Source: an uncultured Gammaproteobacteria bacterium | GTDB taxonomy: Bacteria; Pseudomonadota; Gammaproteobacteria; HyVt-429 | Length of the DNA: 64,000 nucleotides | Reading direction: 5' to 3' | Assembly (NCBI GenBank): GCA_947259975.1 | Contig: CAMYOD010000039.1 | Coordinates: 12,997 to 76,996, forward strand | Part shown: positions 55,671 to 64,000 of the stretch, one piece after another | Layout: every line of letters starts with the position of its first letter | How positions within the stretch are numbered: the stretch's first letter is position 1 | Translations under genes and position numbers: made by a program | Notes under the pieces: model-generated | What the model saw: only the letters and a program-made list of their open reading frames with translations | Told to the model about the DNA's origin: nothing | Databases searched by the model: none

Positions 55671-58312
55671 ATGACAGAACACAAACCCCTGGTCCTCGTG
55701 GACGGTTCGTCCTACCTGTACCGCGCCTTTCACGCCATGCCCAATCTCACCAACTCCAAGGGTGAGGCGACCGGCGCGGTGTACGGCGTGGTGAACATGT
55801 TGCGCCGCCTGATCAAGGACTATGCGCCGGAGTACATGGCGGTGGTGTTCGACGCCAAGGGCAAGACCTTCCGCGACGATCTGTATCCGGACTACAAGGC
55901 GACGCGTCCGCCGATGCCGAACGAGTTGCGCGCCCAGATCGAACCCATCCACGAGATCGTGCGCGCCCTGGGACTGCCGTTGATCGTCGAGGCGGGCGTC
56001 GAAGCGGATGACGTGATCGGCACCCTCACCACCGCGGCGAGCGCGGCGAAAATGGATACGGTGGTGTCCACCGGCGACAAGGACCTGGCGCAGTTGGTGG
56101 ACGAACACGTGACGCTGATCAACACCATGAACGACAGCGTGCTCGATCCCGCGGGGGTGGCGGAAAAATTCGGTGTGCCGCCGGAGCGTATCATCGACTA
56201 CCTCACCCTCATCGGTGACACCAGCGACAACATCCCCGGCGTGCCCAAGTGCGGCCCCAAGACCGCCACCAAGTGGTTGGCGGAATACGGTTCGCTGGAC
56301 GAGATCATCGCCCATGCGGACGAGATCAAGGGCAAGGTGGGGGAGAACCTGCGCGCGTCCCTGGAACAACTGCCCCTGTCCCGGCAGCTGGTCACGATCA
56401 AGCGGGACGTGCAACTGCAAGAAGCGCTTGCGGATCTCAAGCGCGGCGATACCGACGACGCACGGCTACGGGAGCTCTATGCGCAGCAGGAATTCAAGAC
56501 CTGGCTCGCGGAACTGGGCGGCCTGGCCGGCGGTGAAAGCGCGGCGGAGACCAGGGCGAAGACGGACTACGAACAGGTCACCAGCGCCAAGGTACTGGAT
56601 GCCTGGATCAAGCGCCTGAAAAACGCCGACGTGTTCGCCTTCGACACCGAGACCACCTCGCTCAACGCCATCGATGCGGAAATCGTCGGCGTGTCGTTCA
56701 CCGACCGGGCCGGGACCGCCGCCTATGTGCCGGTGGCGCACGATTATGCCGGGACCCGGCGCGGGCCAAGGTGGGCCAAAATCTCAAATACGACATGACG
56801 GTGTTGGCCAACTACGATATCGCACTTAACGGCGTGCGTTTCGACACCATGCTCGAGTCCTATGTATTGGACAGCACCGCCTCACGCCACGACATGGACA
56901 GCCTGGCGCTCAAATACCTGGGTCACAAGACCATCAAGTACGATGAGGTGGCGGGCAAGGGCAAGAAACAGATCACCTTCAACGAAGTGCCTCTGGAACA
57001 GGCCAGTGACTACGCCGCCGAGGACGCGGACATCACCCTGCGTTTGCACGAGACCCTGTGGCCGCGGTTGCAGGAATTCCCCCGGCTCACCGAGATGTTC
57101 AACGACATCGAAATGCCGCTGGTGCCGGTGCTCTCGCGCATGGAGCGCAACGGCGTGAAGATCGATGCGGCCATGCTCAAGCTGCAAAGCGGCGAACTGG
57201 CGGCGCGCATGCACGAGATCGAGCAGGAGGCCTATGAGCACGCGGGTCAGCCCTTCAACATGGGCTCGCCGAAACAGATTCAGGAAATCCTGTTCGACAA
57301 GCTGCAGCTGCCGGTGTTGCAGAAAACCCCCAAGGGCCAACCGTCCACCGCCGAGGGCGTGTTGCAGGAACTCGCACTGGACTACCCGCTGCCGCAGCTG
57401 ATCCTCGAGCACCGGGGTCTGAGCAAACTGCGCTCCACTTACACCGAGAAGCTGCCGGAGATGATCAATGCGCGCACCGGCCGGGTGCACACCTCCTATC
57501 ATCAGGCGGTGGCGGCCACCGGGCGGCTGTCGTCGTCGGACCCCAACCTGCAGAACATCCCGATTCGCACCGCCGAGGGCCGGCGCATCCGCGAGGCCTT
57601 CGTGCCGGAGCCCGGCTACCATCTGCTGGCGGCGGACTACTCGCAGATCGAGTTGCGCATCATGGCGCACCTGTCCGGCGACGCGAATCTGCTCGCCGCC
57701 TTCGCCCAGGGCCTGGACGTGCACCGGGCCACCGCCGCCGAGGTGTTCGGGATTGCGCCCGACGATGTCGCGGACGGCCAGCGGCGCACCGCCAAGGCCA
57801 TCAACTTCGGCCTTATCTATGGTATGTCCGCCTTCGGCCTGGCGCGGCAGTTGAAGATCGATCGCGCCAGCGCGGCGGAGTACGTGAACCTGTACTTCGC
57901 CCGCTACCCGGGCGTGAAACAGTTCATGGACGACACCCGGGAACAGGCCCACGAGCAGGGTTACGTGGAAACCGTGTTCGGCCGCCGCCTGTACCTGCCG
58001 GAGATCAATGCCAGCAATCAACAGCGACGCCAGTACGCGGAGCGCACCGCCATTAACGCGCCCATGCAGGGCACCGCGGCGGACATGATCAAGATCGCCA
58101 TGCTCGCGGCGGACGCCTGGATCCGGGACTCCGGTGTGGATGTGAAAATGATCATGCAGGTACACGACGAGCTGGTGTTCGAGGTGGCGGAAAACGAACT
58201 CGATACCGCGCGGGCCGAGGTGACGCGCTGCATGACCGGCGCCGCCCAGCTGCGGGTGCCCATCGAGGTGGACCTAGAAGTGGGCGCGAACTGGAACGCG
58301 GCACACCCGTAA
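55671..58312 (+). CDS. polA: DNA polymerase I, interrupted by a -1 frameshift plus short deletion inside the 3'-5' exonuclease domain (two ORFs, 55671-56798 and 56771-58312)
   Basis: ORF1 [26 protein letters not shown]… (5'-nuclease domain) continues to …[39 protein letters not shown] and then runs into [17 protein letters not shown]2, in the other frame, reads …[41 protein letters not shown]… and continues to the polymerase C-terminus …[10 protein letters not shown]…. Versus E. coli ([38 protein letters not shown]) about 16 aa of linker are missing and the frame shifts near 56750-56770. Confidence 0.9.
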
Positions 58313-58500
58313 AGATCAACGGTTCCGGCCCAATAGCACCACAAACCGGCGGGGTAAGAAAAATTTCGCGTCGGCGACGAATTCGTGGGAACAAAATACC
58401 CACTGTCGCGGTCTAGTACTGTGAGGCGATAAGGATTTATCGTCTCCCCGCTCCTCCTCCCTGAGCGGGTGATTCCGGTACAAATCGGAATCACGATTAC

Positions 58501-58540
58501 GCCCCGGATAACCTCCCTTTCTTTATCCGGGGCATTTTTA
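58501..58540 (+). terminator. Rho-independent terminator downstream of polA
   Basis: GCCCCGGATAA-cctccctttct-TTATCCGGGGC followed by ATTTTTAT. A second palindrome GATTCCGgtacaaatCGGAATC lies at 58471-58492. Confidence 0.6.
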
Positions 58541-58560
58541 TGTCCGGGCGGCTGTCGGCT

Positions 58561-59178
58561 TCAGGCTTCTGCTTGCGCCGCGTCCCACTCGAGCCAGTCC
58601 AGCACCCGCTCGCGGGCCTCTTCGACGCCGGCCTTGTTGAGCGCGGAAAACAACTGTATCCCGGCCACCACCTCGATCGCCTTGAGTTCCCGGCGCACCG
58701 CGGCCAGCGCGGCGGCGGCCTTATTGCGGGACAGCTTGTCGGCCTTGGTCAAAAGGATGTGCACCGGCATGGCGGCGGCCTCGGCCCAATGCAGGATCTG
58801 GCGGTCGAAGGGTTTTAGCGGATGGCGCACGTCCATGATGAGGATGAGCCCGCGCAGGCTCTCGCGGCCCTGCAGGTACTCTTCCATGCTTCGCTCCCAG
58901 CGCCGCTTCATGGCCAGCGGCACCTTGGCGTAGCCGTAACCGGGCATGTCCACCAGGCGGCGGCGCCCGTCGAGATCGAAGAAGTTCAACGCCTGGGTGC
59001 GGCCCGGGGTCTTGCTGATGCGCGCGAGCGCATTGCGCCCGCAGATCGCGTTGATGGCGCTGGACTTGCCCACGTTGGAGCGCCCGGCAAAGGCCAGTTC
59101 CAGGCCCCGGTCCGGAGGCGCCTGGTCGGCGCGGTGGGCGCTGAGCAGATAGCTGGGATTAACGGGAAAGTCGCGCAT
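58561..59178 (-). CDS. engB: Ribosome biogenesis GTP-binding protein YihA/EngB
   Basis: G1 [10 protein letters not shown]3 DMPGYG and G4 TKADK motifs. It is divergent from cytochrome c4, an arrangement common in gammaproteobacteria. Confidence 0.92.
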   Translation of the reverse strand: MRDFPVNPSYLLSAHRADQAPPDRGLELAFAGRSNVGKSSAINAICGRNALARISKTPGRTQALNFFDLDGRRRLVDMPGYGYAKVPLAMKRRWERSMEEYLQGRESLRGLILIMDVRHPLKPFDRQILHWAEAAAMPVHILLTKADKLSRNKAAAALAAVRRELKAIEVVAGIQLFSALNKAGVEEARERVLDWLEWDAAQAEA

Positions 59179-59336
59179 TATAAGGTCCGATCGGCCAAAG
59201 ACCGAGGCGGCTATTGTGCCACGGCGGGCCCACCGGCGCAGAGCGCCGGGGACGGGTTTGACCCGCTTTGCGGCCTGTTATATAAGGTCCGCCCGCGCCG
59301 GATCAGTCCGGCGCCACGAAGTTTAGGAGATTTCTC

Positions 59337-59942
59337 ATGCGACAGTTGCAGTATCTGGCCGTGATTCTGGTGTCCGTATTCGCGATTGCCCAGGCGCAGG
59401 CCGCCGGCGATGCCGCCGCAGGCAAGGCCAAGGCCGCCGCCTGCGTCGCCTGCCACGGCAGCGACGGTAACAGTCTCAACCCGCTGTGGCCCAACCTGGC
59501 CGGTCAGGTGCCCGGCTACGTCGCCAAGCAGCTCAAGGACTTCAAGGCCGGTGCGCGAGACAACGCCATCATGAAAGGCATCGCCGCGGGCCTGAGCAAG
59601 GCCGACATGGCCGACCTGGATGCTTACTACACCGGCCTGCTGGCGAAGACCGACGTCGCCACCGATGCCAAGCTGGCCAAGTCTGGTGAACATCTGTATC
59701 GCGGCGGCAACAGCGACACCGGCGTGGCCGCCTGTATGAGCTGCCACGGCCCCAACGGCCACGGCATCCCGACCCGCTTCCCGCGGGTGTCCGGGCAACA
59801 CGCCGCCTACATGGAAGCACAGCTGAAGGCCTACAAGTCGAAGACGCGCAACAACGACGACGGCGTCATGACCCGCATTGCCTTCTTCATGTCGGAAGAG
59901 GAGATCAAGGCGGTAAGCGAATACATGCAGGGCCTGCAGTAA
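59337..59942 (+). CDS. Cytochrome c4 (diheme)
   Basis: Signal peptide and two CxxCH motifs (CVACH, CMSCH) in two cytochrome c domains; 201 aa. Confidence 0.9.
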   Translation: MRQLQYLAVILVSVFAIAQAQAAGDAAAGKAKAAACVACHGSDGNSLNPLWPNLAGQVPGYVAKQLKDFKAGARDNAIMKGIAAGLSKADMADLDAYYTGLLAKTDVATDAKLAKSGEHLYRGGNSDTGVAACMSCHGPNGHGIPTRFPRVSGQHAAYMEAQLKAYKSKTRNNDDGVMTRIAFFMSEEEIKAVSEYMQGLQ

Positions 59943-59977
59943 GCGCTGCCGCAACTTAAAAGCAAGATTGACCGGAA

Positions 59978-60008
59978 GGGGTGGCGTTGCCACCCTTTTC
60001 TTTTTGTG
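59978..60008 (+). terminator. Rho-independent terminator downstream of cytochrome c4
   Basis: GGGTGGC-gtt-GCCACCC followed by TTTTCTTTTTG. Confidence 0.6.
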
Positions 60009-60027
60009 ACGTCGCAATCCGCGCGCG

Positions 60028-61014
60028 TCACTTCTGATCCTCGAGTACGTCGCCGAGCGGACTGCGCACGGCGTTACCACCGCGCTTCAGCACATGGGTG
60101 TAGACCTGGGTGGTGCGTATATCCTTGTGCCCCAATTGCTCCTGCACGGTGCGGATATCCATACCGCGCTCCAGCAGATGGGTGGCGAAGGAATGCCGCA
60201 GCGTGTGGCAGCTGGCGGGCTTGTCGATCCCGGCACGGCGTAACGCCTGTTTGATCGCCTTTTGTACCGAGCTTTCATCCATATGGTGCCGACGGGTCAC
60301 GCTGCTGCGCGGATCGACGCTGCGGCGCGCGCTGGGGAACACATATTGCCAGGCCCAGGAGACGCCGGCATTCGGGTACTTGCGTGCCAGCGCATGGGGC
60401 AGATACACCTCACCGTAGCCGTCGGCGAGATCCTTTTGATGCGTGTTCTTCACCGACTGCAGATGCCGCCGCAGTGGAATCGTGATTTCGTCGGGCAAGG
60501 TGACGACACGATCCTTGCCGCCTTTGCCATCGCGCACCAAGATCGCGCGGTGTTCGAAGTCGATATCCTTGACCCGCAGCCGCAGGCATTCCATCAAGCG
60601 CAGTCCGGAGCCGTAGAGCACACACGCAACGAGCCATTGCTTGCCGTCGAGACAGCGAAACAGACGCCGCACTTCCGCCTTCGACAACACGACCGGCAGG
60701 CGTTGCGAACGCTTCGCGCGGATCGCGTCTATGTCGCCCAGCGGCCGGTCAAGCACCGCCTTGTAAAGAAACACAAGCGCGTTCAGCGCCTGATTCTGTG
60801 TTGCCGCGGCGACCTGATCGTGCACCGCGAGGTGGCTCAGAAAGCGTTCCACCTCGGGTGCACCCATTTCCTCCGGGTGCCGCCGGTTGTGGAAACGTAT
60901 GAAGCGCCGAATCCAGTAAAGATAGGCCTGCTCGGTGCGGATACTGTAGTGGCGTAGACGAATGGCGGCGCGTACGCGCGCCAGAAAGGGCGAGGGCTTT
61001 CCATGCCGGTTCAT
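60028..61014 (-). CDS. intI: Integron integrase IntI (tyrosine recombinase)
   Basis: …[26 protein letters not shown]…[17 protein letters not shown]… plus the IntI-specific insertion [50 protein letters not shown]. Catalytic …[39 protein letters not shown] is present. Start taken at the [11 protein letters not shown]; the ORF-track start at 61056 is a TTG. Confidence 0.92.
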   Translation of the reverse strand: MNRHGKPSPFLARVRAAIRLRHYSIRTEQAYLYWIRRFIRFHNRRHPEEMGAPEVERFLSHLAVHDQVAAATQNQALNALVFLYKAVLDRPLGDIDAIRAKRSQRLPVVLSKAEVRRLFRCLDGKQWLVACVLYGSGLRLMECLRLRVKDIDFEHRAILVRDGKGGKDRVVTLPDEITIPLRRHLQSVKNTHQKDLADGYGEVYLPHALARKYPNAGVSWAWQYVFPSARRSVDPRSSVTRRHHMDESSVQKAIKQALRRAGIDKPASCHTLRHSFATHLLERGMDIRTVQEQLGHKDIRTTQVYTHVLKRGGNAVRSPLGDVLEDQK

Positions 61015-61131
61015 GATTCCGTTCCCTTGAATCCGTGGGAAATTTAAAGTAAACAAGTAGTATTAGGGTGTCAAACCCAATCGTTTCCGCGTTTGCGCGG
61101 AAGGCAGGACCGCCAACCACAGGAGGCCGGC

Positions 61132-61275
61132 ATGCATAAGCCGTTGTCTTTAGGGAAGAAGCAGACAAGGACACGCCAAAACCAGGGCACCAAACCTCAC
61201 CCTTCCCCGCGTGTTATACGGAATCTTTCCGTAGTACAACACGGAAACTTTCCGTCTACTCAATGTTATACGTAA
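61132..61275 (+). CDS. Candidate short attI-embedded ORF (47 aa) with strong SD, possibly coupling translation of the first cassette
   Basis: AGGAGG at 61121-61126, 5 nt before the ATG at 61132 (MHKPLSLGKKQTRTRQ…). Its stop TAA at 61273-61275 lies 5 nt before the ATG of the first cassette ORF, which has no SD of its own. Confidence 0.3.
   Translation: MHKPLSLGKKQTRTRQNQGTKPHPSPRVIRNLSVVQHGNFPSTQCYT
61205..61271 (+). other. attI-like recombination site
   Basis: Two GTTATAC core sites (61213-61219 and 61265-71) and two 13-bp direct repeats GGAAWCTTTCCGT (61220-32 and 61243-55), which are putative IntI binding sites. The cassette array begins after G/TT at 61265/61266. Confidence 0.55.
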
Positions 61276-61280
61276 TAAAA

Positions 61281-61724
61281 ATGAATACCACTTTTCTAAT
61301 TAAAGTAACGAGATTTCTCAGTGGTGTACTTCTTGCAATTCTATATGTAAAACTTACTACTGTTTTTCTTACCCAATATACAAAGTTAATGGGTAATTTA
61401 GTGAGTGATGCCGATAAAATATTATCCGTACTTGTTGCTGTAACACTATCATGTGTCATCATTTTTGCAGTGAATTACTTCATCATAAAAGCATCACCAG
61501 TTCTTTTAGGCATCTTTTCGATGGTGTGCGCATTTATATTTTTCTACATAATAAAACCACAAGGAGATTTTGCCTACACAGTCGCCTTGATATATAGCTC
61601 ATTTAGGCATCTGCATAGCACGGTAGCGTTTATCTTAATATTATCCACTCCCATAATTACTGGAATAATAATGAAAAATACGTATAACAAGGCGCTCCAG
61701 CCGACCGCTGAACGCGGCGGCTAA
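61281..61724 (+). CDS. Integron cassette 1 ORF: hypothetical small membrane protein
   Basis: AT-rich 147-aa hydrophobic ORF (MNTTFLIKVTRFLSGVLLAILYV…) whose C-terminal tail …LQPTAERGG is encoded within attC1. Confidence 0.55.
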   Translation: MNTTFLIKVTRFLSGVLLAILYVKLTTVFLTQYTKLMGNLVSDADKILSVLVAVTLSCVIIFAVNYFIIKASPVLLGIFSMVCAFIFFYIIKPQGDFAYTVALIYSSFRHLHSTVAFILILSTPIITGIIMKNTYNKALQPTAERGG

Positions 61725-61739
61725 GCTCATACGTTAGGC
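61681..61739 (+). other. attC site of cassette 1
   Basis: cgTATAACaa-ggcgctccagccgaccgc-tgaa-gcggcggctaag-ctcatac-GTTAGGC, with an imperfect internal palindrome AGCCGACCGC/GCGGCGGCT. Confidence 0.6.
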
Positions 61740-61769
61740 ATTCAATGAATCAAACAAAGGGGACAGTTA

Positions 61770-62474
61770 ATGGCACGTAAAAAGAAAGCTGCTGCTAAGA
61801 AATCAGCCAAATCAGAAGCAAGTAAACGTAGCTATATGTCACAAGCCGATGTTCCAAGCTCGTCCCTTGAACAGGCGCTTCGTATACCCCGTGCAATAGC
61901 AGAAAATTATGCTGGCGGTCCTGTCACACCTCTGCAACTTGCATCAGCTCTAAATATGGCTCCAACATCTGGACCATTTAGAAGTCTATGCGGTGCTTCA
62001 ATTGCTTATGGGCTTACTGAAGGTGGTTACAATGCTCAAGAAATAAAGCTAACTCCATTAGGTAAGCGAGTCGTAAAACCCTTAGAAGAAGGCGATGACA
62101 TTGTCGCAAAACGTGAAGCTGTCCTAAAGCCACGTGTAACGGGTGAATTTCTGAATAAGTATAATGGCTCACCCTTGCCAAGGCACGATATCGCAATGAA
62201 CGTTCTTGAAGAAATGAATGTACCATCTGATAAAACAGAGTCAGTTTACACCTTAATTCTTGACAGTGCCGAAGCAGTAGGCTTATTACGAGATATTAAA
62301 AACAAGCAGTATGTAGATCTTACAGGTGTTGATCAATCGGAAAATACTGAAAACGAAGGTGAGGAAGTCGATACGCAAGATACAGATGAAAGTGATAATG
62401 AAATTGAAACAACACAAACAAGTACAACACACAAATCAACAGCGCCAGCAGGTGCCATGTTGCAGATGAAATGA
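61770..62474 (+). CDS. Integron cassette 2 ORF A: hypothetical protein with Lys/Ala-rich N-terminus and acidic C-terminus
   Basis: Own SD (AAAGGGGA, 6 nt spacing). 234 aa, MARKKKAAAKKSAKSEASKR…GGPVTPLQLASALNMAPTSGPFRSLCGASIAYGLTEGGYNAQEIKLTPLGKRVV… followed by a DQSENTENEGEEVDTQDTDESDNEIETT acidic tail. Confidence 0.55.
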   Translation: MARKKKAAAKKSAKSEASKRSYMSQADVPSSSLEQALRIPRAIAENYAGGPVTPLQLASALNMAPTSGPFRSLCGASIAYGLTEGGYNAQEIKLTPLGKRVVKPLEEGDDIVAKREAVLKPRVTGEFLNKYNGSPLPRHDIAMNVLEEMNVPSDKTESVYTLILDSAEAVGLLRDIKNKQYVDLTGVDQSENTENEGEEVDTQDTDESDNEIETTQTSTTHKSTAPAGAMLQMK

Positions 62475-62737
62475 AATTGATAGATTCTGAAGCGAATGAA
62501 CACGTAATAATTAACCCAAATGTTTTGATCGAAATTGGCGCCGCAATGGCGCTTTATGGTCGAAGATTCATTTTACTCGTAAAGGAAGGCGTAGACTTGC
62601 CTTCAAATCTCCAGGGACTTTACGAAGTCCGTTACAAGGGTGAAACGCTGGACGGTGAAGCAACAATAAAATTATTGGAAGCAATCAACGATATTAAGAA
62701 TAATCCATTACCAGATCGATATAAAAGCGATGCCTAA
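62471..62737 (+). CDS. Integron cassette 2 ORF B: hypothetical 88-aa protein overlapping ORF A (ATGA)
   Basis: MKLIDSEANEHVIINPNVLIEIGAAMALYGRRFILLVKEGVDLPSNLQGLYEVRYKGE…. Its stop lies inside the R'' box of attC2. Confidence 0.5.
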   Translation: MKLIDSEANEHVIINPNVLIEIGAAMALYGRRFILLVKEGVDLPSNLQGLYEVRYKGETLDGEATIKLLEAINDIKNNPLPDRYKSDA

Positions 62738-62803
62738 CAATGCGCTCGTTCGGACGCAAACTCCGCTGCGCTTCGTTTGCGCCGCACAGCTTAAACGTTA
62801 GGT
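62732..62803 (+). other. attC site of cassette 2
   Basis: GCCTAACaatgcgctcgttcggacgcaaactccgctgcgcttcgtttgcgccgcacagcttaaacGTTAGGT. Confidence 0.65.
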
Positions 62804-62825
62804 GGTGTATGGCGGGGAAAAGGGC

Positions 62826-63314
62826 ATGACGCTCATCCGTGACAACAGTCTCATAGCTATGGCCGTCGCACTGACAGGTGGGGCTCTATTGCACTTTGGC
62901 GAAAAGATCCTTTTCATCTTGCTTTCGCCCTACACCATCGCCGTAGGTGACAGAATCTTCAATGATAAAGGGATGACGGAGCTGTGGGGGGTCACGTTCT
63001 TGTTTAATGTAGTGGCCTTCGCTATATCCGCATTAATCGTCTCGTTAGTGGTCGCTATGACCCTACGCGCTATTCTTGCTTACCGAGACATGTTTTACCC
63101 GCTTATCTCTGTCGTGCCGGTCGCACTCCTGGGGTATTGGTGGTTCCTCCATGATTCGGCAGGTGCTGTTGAGGGCATGCCATCCGAGCACATCGCCACG
63201 CTGCTGGCCCGGCCGATTGTGCTCATGGCTATCTTTCTATTTCTAGCGTGGCGATTTCGAAAAGAAACACCACCTAACAATTCACTCCAGCCGACCGGCT
63301 CCGCCGGCGGCTGA
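62826..63314 (+). CDS. Integron cassette 3 ORF: hypothetical membrane protein
   Basis: SD GGGGAAAAGGG precedes the ATG at 62826 (MTLIRDNSLIAMAVALTGGALLHF…). 162 aa with 4-5 TM segments; the tail …NNSLQPTGSAGG is encoded within attC3. Confidence 0.55.
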   Translation: MTLIRDNSLIAMAVALTGGALLHFGEKILFILLSPYTIAVGDRIFNDKGMTELWGVTFLFNVVAFAISALIVSLVVAMTLRAILAYRDMFYPLISVVPVALLGYWWFLHDSAGAVEGMPSEHIATLLARPIVLMAIFLFLAWRFRKETPPNNSLQPTGSAGG

Positions 63315-63329
63315 GTTCAACCGTTAGGC
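63272..63329 (+). other. attC site of cassette 3 (same attC family as cassette 1)
   Basis: ACCTAACaattcactccagccgaccggctccgccggcggctgagttcaacc-GTTAGGC. It shares ctccagccgacc…gccggcggctgag with attC1. Confidence 0.65.
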
Positions 63330-63371
63330 TCATTAAGCAAGGATTGTAAAATTATCAACCTCCTGCCAATT

Positions 63372-63968
63372 ATGGGCGTCCTCTTCGGAGTCGCCTTTTT
63401 AGGTGCCGCGACTGCCTGGTATCCTGGCGGATATCAATGGGGCGAACACACGATTTCCGCCCTATTTCAAGGTACAACACCGAGCGGAGTGGCGAATCCT
63501 GCAAGACCTATTGCTGTGATGGGCGTTCTCACAGCCATGAGCGGCATCGCGTTACTCTTCCACCTTGTATCGCGGTGGACTTCCCGATCATTTCAAAAGG
63601 GAGCAATCCAGATCGCCGGCATCGCTGCAACTGTGTTCGCGTCACTCACAGTTGTACTGCCGCATGATCTGATGGTCAGCCTAGCTCTCCTCTGCTTCGT
63701 GGTTGCCACCGTCGCTATCCTCAACGTACTCTATAATGAATGCGAGATAGTGCTATTTGCACTCGGCATCATGTTCCTAGCCCTGGAATTCAGTACAGCG
63801 GTTATGTACTTCGGCAACGTTTGGCTTCAATTCCTTCCAGTGGCGCAGAAGGCAGCATTGGTGCTCATCGGAATGTGGCTCTTCATAGTACTACACCGGC
63901 TAAGCACCCAAACAACTCGTTCGTCAATTCCAGAGAAGCGCGAAGATATTAAAGACTCGAAATATTGA
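63372..63968 (+). CDS. Integron cassette 4 ORF: hypothetical membrane protein
   Basis: 198-aa hydrophobic ORF (MGVLFGVAFLGAATAWYPGGYQWGEHTISALF…) followed by GCCTAAC at 63976. Confidence 0.55.
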   Translation: MGVLFGVAFLGAATAWYPGGYQWGEHTISALFQGTTPSGVANPARPIAVMGVLTAMSGIALLFHLVSRWTSRSFQKGAIQIAGIAATVFASLTVVLPHDLMVSLALLCFVVATVAILNVLYNECEIVLFALGIMFLALEFSTAVMYFGNVWLQFLPVAQKAALVLIGMWLFIVLHRLSTQTTRSSIPEKREDIKDSKY

Positions 63969-63975
63969 AAACAAA

Positions 63976-64000
63976 AGCCTAACAACTAAGTCAACTAGGA
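63976..64000 (+). other. attC site of cassette 4 (5' part; truncated by window end)
   Basis: GCCTAACaactaagtcaactagga…, an R''-box-like start. Confidence 0.35.

Larger units (their letters stand above)
60028..64000. mobile_element. Chromosomal integron: intI (minus strand), attI, and at least 4 gene cassettes with attC sites (array continues beyond window)
   Basis: An IntI-type tyrosine recombinase is immediately followed by an attI-like region ending in GTTATAC. Downstream are AT-rich ORFs, each followed by an imperfect-palindrome attC bounded by RYYYAAC … GTTAGGC/T. Confidence 0.85.

Noticed and set aside
56771-56773. Treating 56771-58312 as an independent Klenow-like gene with a GTG start
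   Set aside because: The frame is open far upstream of 56771 without a start. The break falls inside the 3'-5' exonuclease domain after the ExoI motif, whereas the Klenow fragment begins upstream of the ExoI motif and keeps the whole exonuclease domain. A frameshift or deletion lesion in a single polA gene is the better explanation.
58380-58500. Several short hairpins upstream of the polA terminator (GTGGGaacaaaataCCCAC, GCGATAAggatTTATCG, GATTCCGgtacaaatCGGAATC)
   Set aside because: They have short stems with no T-tract and are not repeated elsewhere in the window. This is insufficient to call an RNA gene or regulatory site.
61230-61246. LexA-box-like palindrome CCGTAGTACAACACGG in attI
   Set aside because: The consensus is CTGT-N8-ACAG. 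Both half-sites are mismatched (CCGT/ACGG), so it more likely forms part of the IntI-binding direct repeats and is probably not an SOS box.
61263-61265. ATG at 61263, formed by the attI core aATG/TT, as the start of cassette 1 instead of 61281
   Set aside because: Both are in frame. 61281 was preferred because it sits 5 nt after the attI short-ORF stop, which suggests translational coupling. The 61263 start cannot be excluded and is mentioned in the findings.

Overview
This window is a high-GC (roughly 63-66%) gammaproteobacterial chromosome segment that starts at the replication-origin gene block. That block holds the dnaA 3' end, an AT-rich region with DnaA-box-like 9-mers, dnaN and gyrB, and has no recF. 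After it come mostly housekeeping, envelope and transport genes on both strands. These are apaGH, pip, mlaA, an HD-GYP phosphodiesterase, a TolC-like/RND pair with no adaptor gene, prc, cspA, a YadGH-like ABC-2 exporter, an orphan sdhCD pair, dsbB, pilU, ptrB, a GAF-PAS histidine kinase, tamAB, two MscS channels, a ZntB/CorA-like transporter, a TRAP substrate-binding protein, polA, engB and cytochrome c4. The non-routine content is as follows. 1) A same-strand cluster encodes cytochrome c, YeeE/YedE, a periplasmic triple rhodanese, an orphan full-length V/A-type ATPase subunit I (a-subunit) homolog translationally coupled to a PAP2 phosphatase; this is the best candidate for an undescribed system. 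2) Two families of structured palindromic intergenic repeats occur. One is a ~130-bp element with compensatory stem changes and copy-specific outer inverted repeats (3 copies). The other is a ~87-bp MITE-like hairpin element flanking pilU (2 copies). 3) polA and a PsiE-family gene are each interrupted by a frameshift. 4) The 3' end carries a chromosomal integron with an intact intI, attI, and at least 4 AT-rich gene cassettes with recognisable attC sites, including one two-gene cassette; the array runs off the window. No rRNA, tRNA or CRISPR array was seen. All calls rest on reading the supplied ORF translations and DNA by eye, with no searches run.
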